Assembly: GCA_951406725.2 (NCBI GenBank)
Contig: OX597830.1
Location: 14,136,001-14,200,000, forward strand
Origin: Octopus vulgaris
Lineage: Eukaryota
Reading direction: 5' to 3'
Length of the DNA stretch: 64,000 nucleotides
The position numbers were made by a program, and so were the translations under genes. The first letter of the stretch is position 1. Every line of letters begins with the position of its first letter. The notes under the pieces were generated by a model that did no database searches, was not told the DNA's origin, and saw only the letters and a program-made list of their open reading frames with translations. This document shows, in pieces, positions 43,932 through 60,136 of this stretch.

Positions 43932-44085
43932 AACTCTGAGTTTCAATTCCGCCGAGGTCGACTTTGCCTTTCATCCTTTCGGGGTCGATAAATTAAGTAC
44001 CAGTTGCATACTGCGGGTGATCTAATCGACTGGCCCCCCCTCCCCAAAATTTCGAGCCTTGTGCCTAGAGTAGAAACGAATTATT
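43932..44085 (+). mobile_element. 5'-truncated family B SINE (alternative tail)
   Basis: TTCCGCCGAGGTCGACTTTGCCTTTCATCCTTTCGGGGTCGATAAATTAAGTACCAGTTG ... CTTGTGCCTAGAGTAGAAA. Confidence 0.8.
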
Positions 44086-44469
44086 TCTATTACCATCATT
44101 ACCTGGATGGCTACTACGCTGTTCTGGGTTCAATCCTACAATGCATTCTCTGAAGCAATCCCTTAACATTGTCTCGACCAAAGGCGCGTGAAGAAAATTT
44201 GGAATACGGAAACTGTGCGGAAGCTCGGTTAAGCATCACCCGCCGGCCGTTGGCTTCCTTTATTGGAATGCTACTTGTTGCAAAGACAATCTCATCACTC
44301 TTGGAGGCAGTGAGAAGATTCTCGGGTACTGCACAACTTCCTTTCATTAAAAAATGCTAAGACAAACATGCAACAAGACGATAACATTGCCACCCCTGCC
44401 ATGGCAACCACCATCAATGCTATTAGCACCATCACCAAGTAACATCGTCATCATCATTATCATGGTAAT

Positions 44470-44659
44470 CCTCCATCCTCCTGCTCCTCTCCGTTCCTCC
44501 TCCTCCTTCGCCCCATCCTCCTCCCCACCTCTTCCTCCCCCACCATCCCCCTCCCATACTCTCTCCCCTCCTCCTCCTCCCCACCCTCTTCAATATCCAT
44601 CATCATCATCACCATCGTCGTGTTCGTCGTCACCACCACCACCACCACCACCATCATCG

Positions 44660-44718
<59 letters not shown>

Positions 44719-45205
44719 GTCGTCGTCGTCATCATCATCATCATCATCCCTGCCCTGTTTACAACCGCTATTACCAATATCTCTACTATCATCACTTCCA
44801 ATACATTACACTCTCACCGCTGCTATCACAACCACCACCACCAACACCGCCGCCGCCACCGCCACCGCCGCTGCCGCTGCCGCCACCACTACCACAACAA
44901 CAACAACAAACTCCATCACCGCCGCCGATACCACTACTACTACCACTACCATCGCCATCGCCACCGCCATCAACATCAACTCCAGCCCAACTATTGTCAC
45001 CGCATTCAGCATCACCACTCCTGCCCGTCACCACCGATGCTACGACCACTATCGCCATCGTTGACATCATCGCCATTAGCAACGCCGCTGTCATTTCCAC
45101 CATCACCACCGTCATCATCTGCCGTCAACATCACTGCCGTCACCACCACCACCACCACTACCACCACCATTAACAACAACAACAACACCATCACCAGTAC
45201 TAACA
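44470..45205. repeat. Degenerate C-rich triplet region (CCT/CAT/CAC/CGC/CAA)
   Basis: Low-complexity triplet runs; open in several frames only because stops are rare. Confidence 0.85.
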
Positions 45206-45261
45206 CCCCTTAAATAATCCTTGTCATTACATTCCATACCACAAGGAATCTAACATATTCT

Positions 45262-45292
<31 letters not shown>

Positions 45293-48052
45293 CTCGCTCT
45301 CTCTTCTCTCTCACTCTCTCTCTCCATACCAACTGCAATCAAATGCGAGTTGGATTCTATTTCCCTTGCTCTCTCTCTCTCTCTCTCTCCTCCCTCTTCT
45401 TCCCTCTATAATATCTATTCCTTCCTCTTCTTCTTTTCTTCATCCCTTTATTCCTTCCACTCCACCCTCTCTCTCTCTCTCCCCCATCTCTTCCCTTCTC
45501 TCTCTGCCAGCCATTTCACCACACTGCCGCTATATTTCGCTACATATATTCCTGTCCACCGACTGAAAGACTGCTGTATGTAAATCTAAATCATTTCTCC
45601 CAGAAACATTCTCTCATTTCTCAGCCTCTCTTCGGTACAGCAGCGTATATCGTGAAGATAATGCTGAATACTGAGCTGGCTTCTTTTCACCGCTGTTCTA
45701 TAAAAGCATTACACAACAATAGTACATTTTCACCGATATAAACATCAGTGTCTCTATTTCGACCTGCGTTCAGAATCGAACCCGAGACACAACGAAACTT
45801 CAACTCTATATATTCCTTGCTTTTTTTTAAAATTATTATTTATATTCGTTCAGATGTGGAAAGGCAGAACTGAAGACTTTCTTTTCACGAGTTCCAGTCA
45901 CTAGAATTTAGATGACCTGTGGTTGAAGACAATTGGCCAAGGTACAACGCAGAGTTGTCCAACCCTGAATCACATTGTTACGAGGTGGACTTCTTAGTGA
46001 TACAACCATATCTGCTATTTTGGAATTTCATGTTTCCTGCCATATCATTCTGAGGTCTGGTGCATTCATTGTTAGACATGCATATATGCAGTTGTGATAC
46101 TCACCTACCGTGAAACTCAGTGGTAATATTTATCCCCGCTTAAACGTAGATGTTCTGTTAGAACAAACCGTAATGCGGTAGGTATAGTGAGAGAGACTCT
46201 CATATTGACTTTTGGTGCATAAAGCGCGCTGTTTTATATCGCTAAAGGGGAGATAAATCCCCGCCACCCCAGCGCAGAGACGTCCTGTGTCTCGTCAATG
46301 ATGGAAACTCAGCTGCTAGATATAGCAGCGATTTATCTCCTTACCACCGATATATAGAAAAACAGTACCATAACTCGCTGCTGCCGCGAGTGGTATAGTG
46401 AGGTAATTCTCATATCCATGCAGTGGCATTGCTAGTGTACTCAATACAGGAGTTATAGTGCACCACTTAAGACTGTTGTAAAGCATTGGAACAATTAGTG
46501 CATAGTTCGAAAAAACAATACTGAGTCATAACTGGGTGGTATAGATCGGGGATTCAAAAAGCGTACAGTTGTTGGGGTACCCAGTGCGCTGATACTGCTG
46601 CAGTGCTCAATGTAGCGGCATTACTGGGTTACTCAACACAGAAATAAACTGGTGTATGCAATACAAGCGTGTAACTGAAGTAAACGCTTTACTTGGTATA
46701 GCTAGATTGCACAATGTTGTGATACAGCAAGGATACTCAATGCAGTGATAATATTGTAGTTGTGATGGAGTACTCACTGCCGTGGTAAGGCAACTGTAAT
46801 GTGATGGTAATGCATTATTTCTTACATTAGCTAATTTTCGTGTTATTTATGCGAATTATCTAGGCATGTGTACATTTGCTCTTATTTTCACCAAAAGTTG
46901 ATGACTTGCGTGTCTTTTGTATTCCAGCCGAACAAGGTCTTCGGTATTTCTATTTTAGACTTTACATTCTTAGTTTTAGGTTTACGAGAAAACTGCTTCA
47001 TTTTCCAGATAATCATCTGAACTTGATATCGTCAAACTTTGCTGAGTTACTAAGCCTTTGAATTTGGTTCGTCTTTTCTGCTGAATCTTATTGCATTATT
47101 TTCTTTGGCGCTTTTCATTCTTAACTCCGGATTCTGCTGTACTCCTACGGAATGAAAAAGCTTCTATTTGTCAGTCTCTGGATGGAGGACAGCTCTGATT
47201 CTCAAACTCTTTGAGGAGATATAAATCAATTGTACAACTTGCGGTGCTAGTAGGGTAAAGTATCCTCTAATTGTTATAACTCTTGCTGACTCCAGTTTTT
47301 TCCATTCTCTTGAGCAACTGTTCGGCATAAGCACACAAGTCAGTAATGTTCGGACATTATGCAAAAGTGTATTGTTACTCTGCGCGAATATCAGGCTGTA
47401 CTGTTAAATTTGTCTCAGTATGGTAGTATCAATTGCTATCATTTCAGGTTACCGATTTTTGGAAGTTATTTGTTATAACCCGAAAGTTATCTGAGACAGT
47501 TAGTTCATATTCATTGACGTCCACCGTTTCCCAGATGAGGCCAATTTTCGCCACCGTTAACACACAACATAGTTTACGTGGTGCTTCCACCGACAGCATT
47601 GCACGAGTATTTAAAGAGGGTAAGCGCCCAAAGACAATTAGGCCATAACGTGCCCAATCGTGGTCATTTCTTGATCCAGGATTTCAGATCCGTTCACAAG
47701 CAGCAGAATTATATACCTTGCAATCAGAGACCATACCAGTAACCGTTCTATGGTTTCTGCAGGTGGTACAGCCTCAGGGCGAGTCTGCGCCTTAACAACT
47801 AGGGTATTCCGAGCCTGCCTTGCAGAAGGCGTTGGGAGCAGATAGCCAAAGAAATATGTTTTTTTCTACGAGAAGCAAACAAGCACTTGCTAGAATCTGG
47901 TCGGACGAAAAAAAGTGAAGCAAATTACTGTAGTCGGGCGGTAATTTTTGGTAGGTGCAGCGCAAGCATTTGCCAACTTTGAGAGCGAAATTTCAGATAT
48001 TGCCTCTCACCCTCAACCTTGTTAACTTGCTGTCTCACTGGAAGATCTTAGA

Positions 48053-48090
<38 letters not shown>

Positions 48091-48091
<1 letters not shown>

Positions 48092-48609
48092 GTACCTTAG
48101 CACTGATGCAGTACCAGGCAGTGGCTCTCATGGCTTCTGATCTTAACTGATTGGAAGTGTTATCATGTACATTGTTTTGTCTTGGTATAAAAGATGGGCT
48201 ACAGCAAATATTCTGCTCAATACCACAGATTTGCTTGTCAGTTGTTTGACCGTAACCAGTTGAGCATGTCCCTTAGTGGCTGACGATATGTGCATCTCTG
48301 ATCACGAGCAGAAGTAGTGTGGGAGCATCATAGGCATGTGTTGAGAGGAATTCTTTGGGGTTTGAATATTTCACCTCTGGAAAAATGGGTGGTTTTTTCA
48401 ACATCCTTAAACAACCCTTATTCAGGGACCTTTAGAGTGGGATGGGTCATGTGCTGTTTATCTTGATATGAGATCACCATGTCGCGCACATATGGTTGTG
48501 ATGCATGTGCCTAGTGTACCCTTATCAGACGGGTAGTCATGCTGGGTATACTGGGCTTCGTATATTTTACCCCAGTGTCACTTTGATGGCATGCACTGCT
48601 CTCTCACTC
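48091..48609 (+). mobile_element. TAA-flanked retroposed element, copy 2
   Basis: Colinear with 23647-24171, extends ~16 nt further 5'; (TAA)n on both sides. Confidence 0.78.
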
Positions 48610-48663
48610 AAAAATAATAATAATAATAATAATAATAACAACAACAACAACAATAACAACAAC

Positions 48664-48704
<41 letters not shown>

Positions 48705-51125
48705 TAATAAAAATAAAATGAGTGATTATGAAGTGGAGTACCCTATGTCTTTGCCCGACCGTCGTTGTCCATACTAGAATTCGGTTTCTTACAAAAGTGC
48801 TAAGGGACATTCGTTTCCTGCTTAAATTGTGGTAATATTTTTGAATTGTTCTCACCGAAAGTCTGTCATTTGCTCTATTTACACGTCCATCATTAGTTCC
48901 TGAAGATAAACTCTGACATTCCACATTAGCGGTATTGTATACATTGGAAACTGGCTTTATATAACGCCCTCATAGTCGCCATCATCGCCGTCTTCGCAGC
49001 ATCTTAGAGAACTTTTGACTGTGCTTGCCTTTGCTTTCATGCTGGATCACCTTCCTGTTTTTTTTTTAACGGGCTCCAGTTCTCTTCGTCTCCGATCACA
49101 TCTCACTGTCGATGTTGTAGGAGTAGGAGGATTCCATTCGACGATTTCTGGTATTAAGGATGAGGTATAGCCCCCGCCTTTCGCGCCGTTGCAATCCGTG
49201 CTCTTACTAGTGGTGCTACTTGAGCAGTATCATCCTGGAATTGTGTTGGTGTTGTCGATCATTCACTTTCATTCATTTCCTCTTCATTATTACCACCGGT
49301 TAAGGTTTATCCTCAATCCAGAGTCCCATAGCTTTCTGATCAGCTCATTCGATCAAAAAGGGAAAGTAGTCCTCTGTTATTTCCAGTGCCTTGACATGTA
49401 GCGTTTTAAGTGCATCAACCTCTTAGAATTATAGACGACATTTCTACTACTGCTGTATGTTTTTGTTTTCTTCTGTTCTTGCAATTAGAATACCTTTGAT
49501 GGTTTTCCTACAACGTGTAGCAACTCAGCTTCTAGATCTGCTCTATCAGTTTGATACTATTTGTCATTGCCCTCTCAAATTGGTCAAACTTACGTGGGTT
49601 TCACGAATCATTGGGATTTAGAACTCCATTCTGACTACTCACAACTTCATATCGGCCCTCCGCTCTTTACGCTGACCAACTGTCTGCACAGCAATACGAA
49701 AGTGACTAAGACCTAAAGATCGACATAATTTTCGTTGCCCTTAACAGTCACCCATGTAAAATCTTTGTACCTTATACAGGGTGCCTCGCTATTTAAGCCT
49801 GTTTTGGATTTGTGCCCTCAATTCCCAAATCCACTCAAATACAACTGTAAGCCATAATGTGCTCAATCAAGATGATTTCTTTCGATATATCGAGGATAAA
49901 TTCTTCCAGCTGAAAACTATCACCAATTTTTAAAACGCACGGTTTGGGGACATTTATGCTCGCTCGCTAATTCTTGTATATATTGTTCAAGAAACGACAG
50001 ACTGTGTAACTTAATGTAAATTTGCCAAACGACCGTTCTTTTCTCGAGTTTGTTCATGTCAAATCCTTCTGTTTTCTGGTAACACATTCGGAACTGCCAT
50101 TCTCAAAATTAATTTTCGCTTGATATTTTAAGCGTGTCCGGATGAATGTAGCTGTTGACGAAAGAATCGCTGGCATTATTTTCTAAATAATGTGTTTTTC
50201 ATGAAATTGTCATTACTTTTCGCTTTATTTTTTTTATAGTGTATGTGGCTTGATGTAAAAGATGTTCTTGTTAATTTTTGTGTATGTTGCGAGTGTGATA
50301 GTTGTAGTTGTTGGAGACACAACAACGTAGCAAAGATATTCTATAACTAAATTTTAACAGTTGCTGAAAAAAATTGCCTGGTATTGATATGAATCTATTT
50401 CAGAAAATGGCAATGTGAAAATACTAAGAAATTATAGCGTTAGCATACAGCCAGACCATCTGATAGTACATACTAAACTTGATAACCATTCTCCATGACA
50501 ACATTTCCAATAGAATGTTATGACATAGTTATACGAAATAAATTTTATGGTATGTAAAGTAAACCGAAAAGCTCGAGAATGAAACGGACTTGGCTCTTTG
50601 AGTGAAAACATTAGAACAGTTAAAGGATGTATATGTCGCTTGTAAATGGCGCGACCGGAGAGGCAGAGAACTGTTTCAATTAAAGCAGTCACGAACTATT
50701 TGTGAAGAATGACGTCGGCACGTTCCAGAAAATAGCAATAGTAAGGCCTATAACATTGTAAGGCTATTCTCATACAGCATTTGTTAAACATGAGCCTTTT
50801 CGATAAACATAAACTTCTTTTGCACTTCTGAATATTTTCATCAGCTTTGAATATCCTTGTTAACACTAATTAACACGAAATAACACTTTTTTTCTCCACT
50901 GGACATTCTAGTTGTAGAAGGACTTGGCAACATTCTATAATTCCTTCTGATTTTGGTTATCAAATTCAGCGAAAGGGTGCTGGTCAGTTACGTCACCCCT
51001 AGTGCTCAACTGTACCTATATTTTTTGGTTCCTGAAAGGATGAATGGCAAAGTTGAGTGCCTCTGAATTTGAACTCAGAACGATAAGAGCCAGAAGAAAT
51101 ACTGCCCAACATATTCTGACAACGA

Positions 51126-53520
<2,395 letters not shown>

Positions 53521-53784
53521 GACTTGCCACTATGATGATGACGATCATCCTCTTAATCATCATCAGCATGGTTATGGTCTGAAGCGATATAAATGCAGCA
53601 ATTTTATTTTCTTCATCTATTATTCTTCTTCTTCTTTCTTTCTTTCTTTTTTTTTTTTCAAAATCTGACTCTTCAGAAATTCAGTTTCAGAACACCACAC
53701 GATTTAAACGGTGTAAATAAGTTCACAGTTGGTCGTATCATGCCAAGCTATATATACACATACATACATACATACATACATACA

Positions 53785-53860
<76 letters not shown>

Positions 53861-53905
53861 TATATATATGTATATATGTATATATATATATATACATATA
53901 TATAT

Positions 53906-53963
<58 letters not shown>

Positions 53964-54064
53964 GTGTGTTGTAATATATTTATACACATCTAAACACATA
54001 TATATACATACATATATACTATGTATATGTGTAAGTATGTATAATATATATATATATATGTATG

Positions 54065-54149
<85 letters not shown>

Positions 54150-54860
54150 AGGTATATATATATATATACCTGTATGTATGTATGTGTATGCGTATGTATT
54201 TGTTTGCTTGTTTTTTTTTTAAAGTTTAGAACTGTAAAAAAAAAATGTCTGCCGAGCATAACTTTGAAGTAAAGGACATTTCTAACAAAACGTCCTTCAA
54301 TGTATGTTTACTTTTGTTTCCTTCCTCACATTGAGCTAATATTCAAGGAATCGCTGCGAAATAAGAAAAAAGATGCGGCAGACAATAGAGAATTGTGCAG
54401 AGCCACAGTGAGACTGCATCGAAACAAAATGCAGTGTTCTTCTATATTTGGGGAGAATTCAAGGCAGTTTGGTTTTTCTATTGTCTCCGTTTTTTTCATC
54501 ACAAGTATGCACATGAACAAATGTCCTACTCTCTTTTCTTCTAGTCTCATACGCACTGATACATGTATTGTTCGGCGTATACGTCGCCGCATACGAGTAC
54601 AGGCATACACATACATACATGGAACATATACATTTAACATATACATATCCACAGCCATACGCAAATACAGAGGTGTGTATACACAGAAAATCTGTATAAA
54701 TGTGTGTATGTGAGCAAATGAATATGCATTATTGTCTATCTGTCTGTATCGTACGAGTGTGCGCAATGAAGTATATGCATATATATATATATATATATAT
54801 ATACACATTCATGCAAACATACATACGTACATACATACATACATGGATATACGGACATGT

Positions 54861-55009
<149 letters not shown>

Positions 55010-55484
55010 GATACATAGATAAATAGATAGACAGATAGACAGACAGACAGCTACGTAGATAAGTAGATAGATAGATAGACCGATAGCTAGAAAGATAGAT
55101 AGATAGACAGATACCAACGTTGTTCCGTTGTCGTAAATTCTCTTTCAAATTTCTCAAGTGTCAGTACTATTTTTGTTACACGCACGCACACACAATGACA
55201 CAGACACAAACACACATCAACGCATTCTTCACGCACACACACACGAACAGGCACACACACACACAAACACACACACATGTTCTTGCAAGCATACAAGCTG
55301 TTATATATATATATATATATATATATATCCTTTTATATAGTTATTGGCTATGCTAAAAGGAAAAACTTGGTGAATACATATTGTAACTTTTATGTGAAAT
55401 CTGCTATGGTTTATGCTGCTGTCAACATATAAGCGCTTTAGAATGAATCTTTGTTGTGAGGCACAGTCAATCATTTGACAAGAA

Positions 55485-55557
<73 letters not shown>

Positions 55558-56457
55558 ATACACACTCTGTTTAAGCGTTGCGATTGCATTTTAAATGTAC
55601 GGAAAAAACTAAAATAGAAAGATAACACATGCAGCATGAAGGGATATAACCTCAACGTTTCGGGCGCAAGTCAGTCATCACAAGAAAAGCTTTGAAGAGG
55701 TAATAAAGAAGAACAGTAACTTAGAAGAAAGAAAATAAAGAAAGAAACGGGTGCGAGATTAAAATGGTAAAAATACTGTTCTATCGGCTGTGCGATGCGA
55801 ATAGATAAGAGGCATGTACACGTATTGGAATGTATCAATTTTGAGATGGAAATAAGAGGACGCGTGTGTGTTTATGGGGACTGGTTGAATGTAGAGTTAT
55901 ACAAGTGCCGAAGTATAGTAGTGTGGGCTAGTTGGAGTGTGAAGTATTGGTCTGCGTATGTAACCGTATTTTATGTCTGTGTTGGGAATGAATGGAAATT
56001 AGGATGTAGGAGCGGAAGTAACTGTGAGATGAAAAAAAGGGCAAGAGAAATGAGTGCAGATAATTAGCGACGAGATGCTGTTGCATGGAAAGAGGGCATA
56101 GAGAAGAGAAGAAAAGAGATAGACTGGTGGCAGTTGAGGGAGAAAAGAGAGGTGAAAGAGGAATAAGAGAAAAATTGAAGAAGGCAAAATTAGATCTAAA
56201 CAGTTTTTAATTCTGCTATAGAAGAAAATTAGTACGGATCGAGGAAGTGCGAGAGGAGTGCGATAGAGTTTGGAGTATAAACGGAAGGGAGAAAAGAAGA
56301 AAAAATAAAACATCGAAAAGCGAAAAAGAGAAAAGTGTGCATGTCCGTGGTGGGGGTGAAAGAAAAGTTAGAAAAAAGTACAGCAAAATTTGAGAAAAAT
56401 TTAGAGAAGAGTACGAGAAAAATTTATGAGAAATTTCTTACTATATAATATTCATAT

Positions 56458-56701
56458 GTGGAGGCGCAATGGCCTAGTGGTTAGGGCAGCGGACTCGCGG
56501 TCGTAGGATCGCGGTTTCGATTCCCAGACCGGGCGTTGTGAGTATTTATTGAGCGAAAATACCTAAAAGCTCCACGAGGCTCCGGTACCACTCTTTCTCT
56601 CACTCTTCTGTTGGCCTGCTCGAAGGCTAAAACAATGCAAACGCATTGTGACCAGCGATGTGTAAAACATCTGATGGTCTGGTCGGTCACGTGATCACGT
56701 G
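56458..56701 (+). mobile_element. Family C SINE with 13-bp target-site duplication
   Basis: tRNA-like head GGAGGCGCAATGGCCTAGTGGTTAGGGCAGCGGACTCGCGGTCGTAGGATCGCGGTTTCGATTCCC; ATAATATTCATAT at 56445-56457 and 56702-56714. Confidence 0.9.
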
Positions 56702-56859
56702 ATAATATTCATATAGGAAACTTAAAAGTAGGAGAGGATAGCAGCAATCATTGGCATGAAAATGGTGCATAGGTAGGTGGTAATGAGTTGGCAGAAATGT
56801 GACGGAGGAAATGCGATGTTGGTACCGGGTGTGGACCGAAGGCAGAAAAATGTGTTCCT

Positions 56860-57080
56860 GAGCTGTAGAGGTTGGCACACCACTCTACCACCTAAGACCT
56901 TCTCAAATGGTTTGATGACGATATCGTCACACCATCGATGAGAGCGGAGAGCGACGAGATCATCGCAGGAAATGTTAGTGCACCATGAACGCTTTAGGAA
57001 GTCGAAGTAATCTACTGTATGTCGACAGGTATCGGTCGCTAAACTAGTAGAAGACCAGCGTCGAGTGCAACGGACGTTGG
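56860..57080 (-). pseudogene. Penelope-like reverse transcriptase N-terminal remnant
   Basis: Minus-strand DTCRHTVDYFDFLKRSWCTNISCDDLVALRSHRWCDDIVIKPFEK fits the PLE pattern NLSxxExxALxxL...DIVIKPADKG. Confidence 0.65.
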
Positions 57081-57908
57081 CCCTGCACTATCAGTTCCTC
57101 ACCATATTATGAATATCCTTCTCCGGACTTTTCATCAGAGTTGCGATACTTTTAAATTTATTGTTTCATAGAACATTTAACTATTTTATATCGATGTTCT
57201 TTGCTAATAATTTTTTCGCCAATTTTTTTAATTGCTATTTTCCTCTCACTTTTCTCTCCCTGTGCACGCAACTTTCATTTCTTTTTCACTTCTCTTGTTT
57301 ATTTTTCCATTTATTCATTTCTTTTCTTTCCCTTCCGTTTATATTCTTAACATTCCGATACGTGCACCCACCTCAGTTGAATTCCTTTCACCCTTCCACG
57401 TGCCTCACTAATTTTGTTCTTTCACGAGACAAATGGCTTTGTAGAAATATTGTGTTGTAATTATATTTTTTCGAACTCCTCCCTCTCCTCCCCAGTTCGT
57501 TCCTTTGTCAAAGTCTTCCTTTCATGGAGCAGCCTCTCACAGTTTTGCACATTATTCTGTTATATCCTCCACATTCTACTTGCCTCCCCTTCTCCTTCAC
57601 ATTTGTAACCCCTCTCGACTCATCACTCACACACGCACACTCACTCCCAATACGATTACATTCACGTAGCTACACATCATACCACCACTTATCTATGTCC
57701 CTATACTTCGGCACTTGTGCACCTCCACACAGATACAACTCCCCTAAAGCACAGTCCTGTCCCTCTCAAGACAAGGATTCCGACATCTTCCTCTATGGAC
57801 ATCCCTGAATATCCTTCCTATTTTATCTCCGTCCTCATAAAACTGCATTCCCTCACGGCTCCTAACCCTTCGTTTAAACCTCTTTTCTTTTTCACTTCTA
57901 ATTTGCTT

Positions 57909-57947
57909 TATTTCTGATGAATGTCTAACATCCGAAACGTTAGAATA
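57909..57947 (+). ncRNA. Minimal hammerhead-like motif at a PLE end
   Basis: UAUUU-CUGAUGA-AUG(UCUAA)CAU-CC-GAAA-CG-UU-AGAAUA; helix II register imperfect. Confidence 0.45.
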
Positions 57948-58431
57948 TTTCCCTTTCTTTTAAGTGCTAAACTAATACAATATTTGTTAAAGCTTATCCG
58001 TCCGTTTTCACCTTTTCCATGCTTATCATCATTCATTAGATTTACAATATATAATACATGAAGAGTAGAAAAACATTACGAAGAATTGAAATCAGCAGCA
58101 CGAAAATATAATTTACGTTTTCAAATGTGTATGACAGCAAACGGAAACCGCTAGGACGAATCTTTTATATGCACAGCCATTGTCGCATGAAATACTAATC
58201 AAAATGTTACTGGTTACATAAATATGTCCGCCAGCAATTGTAAAGGGCAAATTCATCAACATAACCATGCATTTTGAATATTTCATACGACAATTGATTC
58301 ATAATTTACAGACTTAGAAAACAATAGTATACTGAATATCATCAAGTAGAGACTATAACGAAAGAACTTGGACATGCGCAATAAAATACCTTTTCTAAAC
58401 ATGGAAAACTTATTGACATTCAAAAATATAC

Positions 58432-59335
58432 TGTTGTTCGAGAGTATGACGCCTCCTGGCGAGAATAGACTGGACCACTACATGTAAATAGTAGCGGTCT
58501 GAGTAAGAGAGGTAGTTCGTCCCTCTTTGTTTAACCCTTGTGGTTTAAATAAAACCTTCGTGCTAGTTCCACAGTTCGTCTATTGATAGTTCAAAGCTGG
58601 AGTTCAAAGCTTACAGTTCGAGTTAATGTGTTGGACTGTTGGTTCTTAAACTATTGTTTGTTACGTTACGTGAGGTTACTGTCGTTTGTTTGAATTATAT
58701 TATTACGCTGTCGCAGTGTATTCGTTTATCCATAAAGATTATAACATCTGATGACGAGGATCGTTCGAAACTCACATTAGCTATTTGACAATTTCTGCTT
58801 CATGGAAAACCTATTAACTGCAGTAAGTGCAACTCCAAGAGAAGCAACAGGAAAAACTACAGGAGTTGCAAAAACAAATACATCAATTAAGTGAGTTACA
58901 GTCGGCGAAATCCCAAAATCCAGTAAGCTCGTTTACGCCAGACGGCGTGGCTAACGCAATTTCTGAATTTACGTATAATCCGGAGGAGGGTATTACGTTT
59001 CCCGCGTATTATAGAAGATACAAGAAAATTTTTAACAATGAGTGTAAGTCATGGTTGGAGGAGCAGAAAGTATGGTTTTTACTATGCAAGGTAGCTCCTG
59101 CTGAACATGAACGTTACTGTAACTTCTTTCTGCTCCAAAAGTCGAGTGAGATTGGTTTCCAAGAAACTGTGGAACTGCTTTCAAAATTTTTTGGTAACAG
59201 AAGTTGATTATTTAACACCAGAGTGGAGTGTTGGAACTTTACAAAAAATGAGGAGGAGGATTTTATCACCTAAACCGGAGCAGTCAACCGTTTGTGCAAA
59301 AATTTCAAACTCCAGGGTCTCACTTAGGATATACT
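58432..59335 (+). mobile_element. Gypsy-type LTR retrotransposon remnant: LTR, PBS-like site and broken gag
   Basis: TGTT...AACA candidate LTR 58432-58746 with AATAAA; TCTGATGACGAGGAT follows, resembling the TGG(C/T)GACGAGG primer-binding site; gag-like peptide ANAISEFTYNPEEGITFPAYYRRY...LL.K....EHERYCNF...F.ETVELL...FG with stops. Confidence 0.8.
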
Positions 59336-59769
59336 CAAACCACAAGGCCAGTAAATTCGAGGGATGGGGCTAAGTCGATTATATCGATCCCGGTGCTCAA
59401 CTGGTAGTTATTTTATCGATCCAGAAAGGATGAAAGGCAATGTCGACCTTGGCAGAATTTGAATTCGTGTAAGGACTTATAGCACCTGACGATGGGAAAA
59501 AAAAAACGGGCAAGGATTCTCTCGGAAGCGAACAAGGATTTATCTCTACAGACCATCGCAGAAGAATGTTAGACTATGGTAAATCTTAAACATGGTAGTG
59601 ACGGCACAAGATATAAGACTTATCAGTGACGGCACAGGATATAAAAATGAAAGCTGTAGGTGATGAGTATATTACGAAAGTAAAAGAAGCTTTAAAAAAT
59701 AAAAAACAATAAAAATTCAGATGTCCGTAGGTTTTCAATTTGTGAAGATATTCCGATGTATGCCCAAAG

Positions 59770-60136
59770 AGTGTTGGTTCTTAAAAGATTGTTGTTACGT
59801 TCCGTGTGGTCACTGCAGTTTGTTTCGACTATAGTGTTATTACACTGTTGCAGTGTATTCATTTATCCATAAGTATATATATTTCTTTACTACCCACACA
59901 AAGGGCTAAACACAGAGGGGACAAACAGGGACCGACAAACGGATTAAGTCGATTACATTAACCCCAGTGCGTAACTGGTATTTAATTTATCGACCCCGAA
60001 AGGATGAAAGGCAAAGTCGACCTCGGCGGAATTTGAACCTAGAACGTAACGGCAGACGAAATACGGCTACGCATTTCGCCCGGGGTGCTAACGTTTCTGC
60101 CAGCTCGCCGCCTTAAGTATCCATAAGTATATAACA
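59770..60136 (+). mobile_element. Second, diverged LTR 3' part interrupted by a family B SINE
   Basis: GTTGGTTCTTAAA ... GTTACGTT ... GCAGTGTATTC.TTTATCCATAA ... TATAACA repeats 58638-58746. Confidence 0.65.
59880..60117 (-). mobile_element. Full-length family B SINE with 16-bp target-site duplication
   Basis: TATCCATAAGTATATA at 59864-59879 and 60118-60133 flanks a complete copy. Confidence 0.92.

Noticed and set aside
44354-45213. Pro/Ser/Thr-rich mucin-like or disordered protein
   Set aside because: Degenerate triplet repeats open in multiple frames on both strands; no unique coding signal.
49980-50045. hAT dimerisation motif (ERSFGKF...)
   Set aside because: A single short match with no supporting upstream motifs or TIRs.
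54300-54808. Overlapping 137/160-aa ORFs as a host exon
   Set aside because: No recognisable domain, no convincing splice-site pair keeping an open frame, and partly low-complexity.
56458-56535. tRNA gene
   Set aside because: A and B boxes are present, but the sequence runs into a multi-copy SINE body with a target-site duplication and has no proper acceptor stem or poly-T terminator.
58747-58775. Hammerhead motif CTGATGACGAGGATCGTTCGAAAC
   Set aside because: No palindromic helix III, UH site or helix I; it sits directly after the LTR end and is better explained as a mutated Gypsy primer-binding site.
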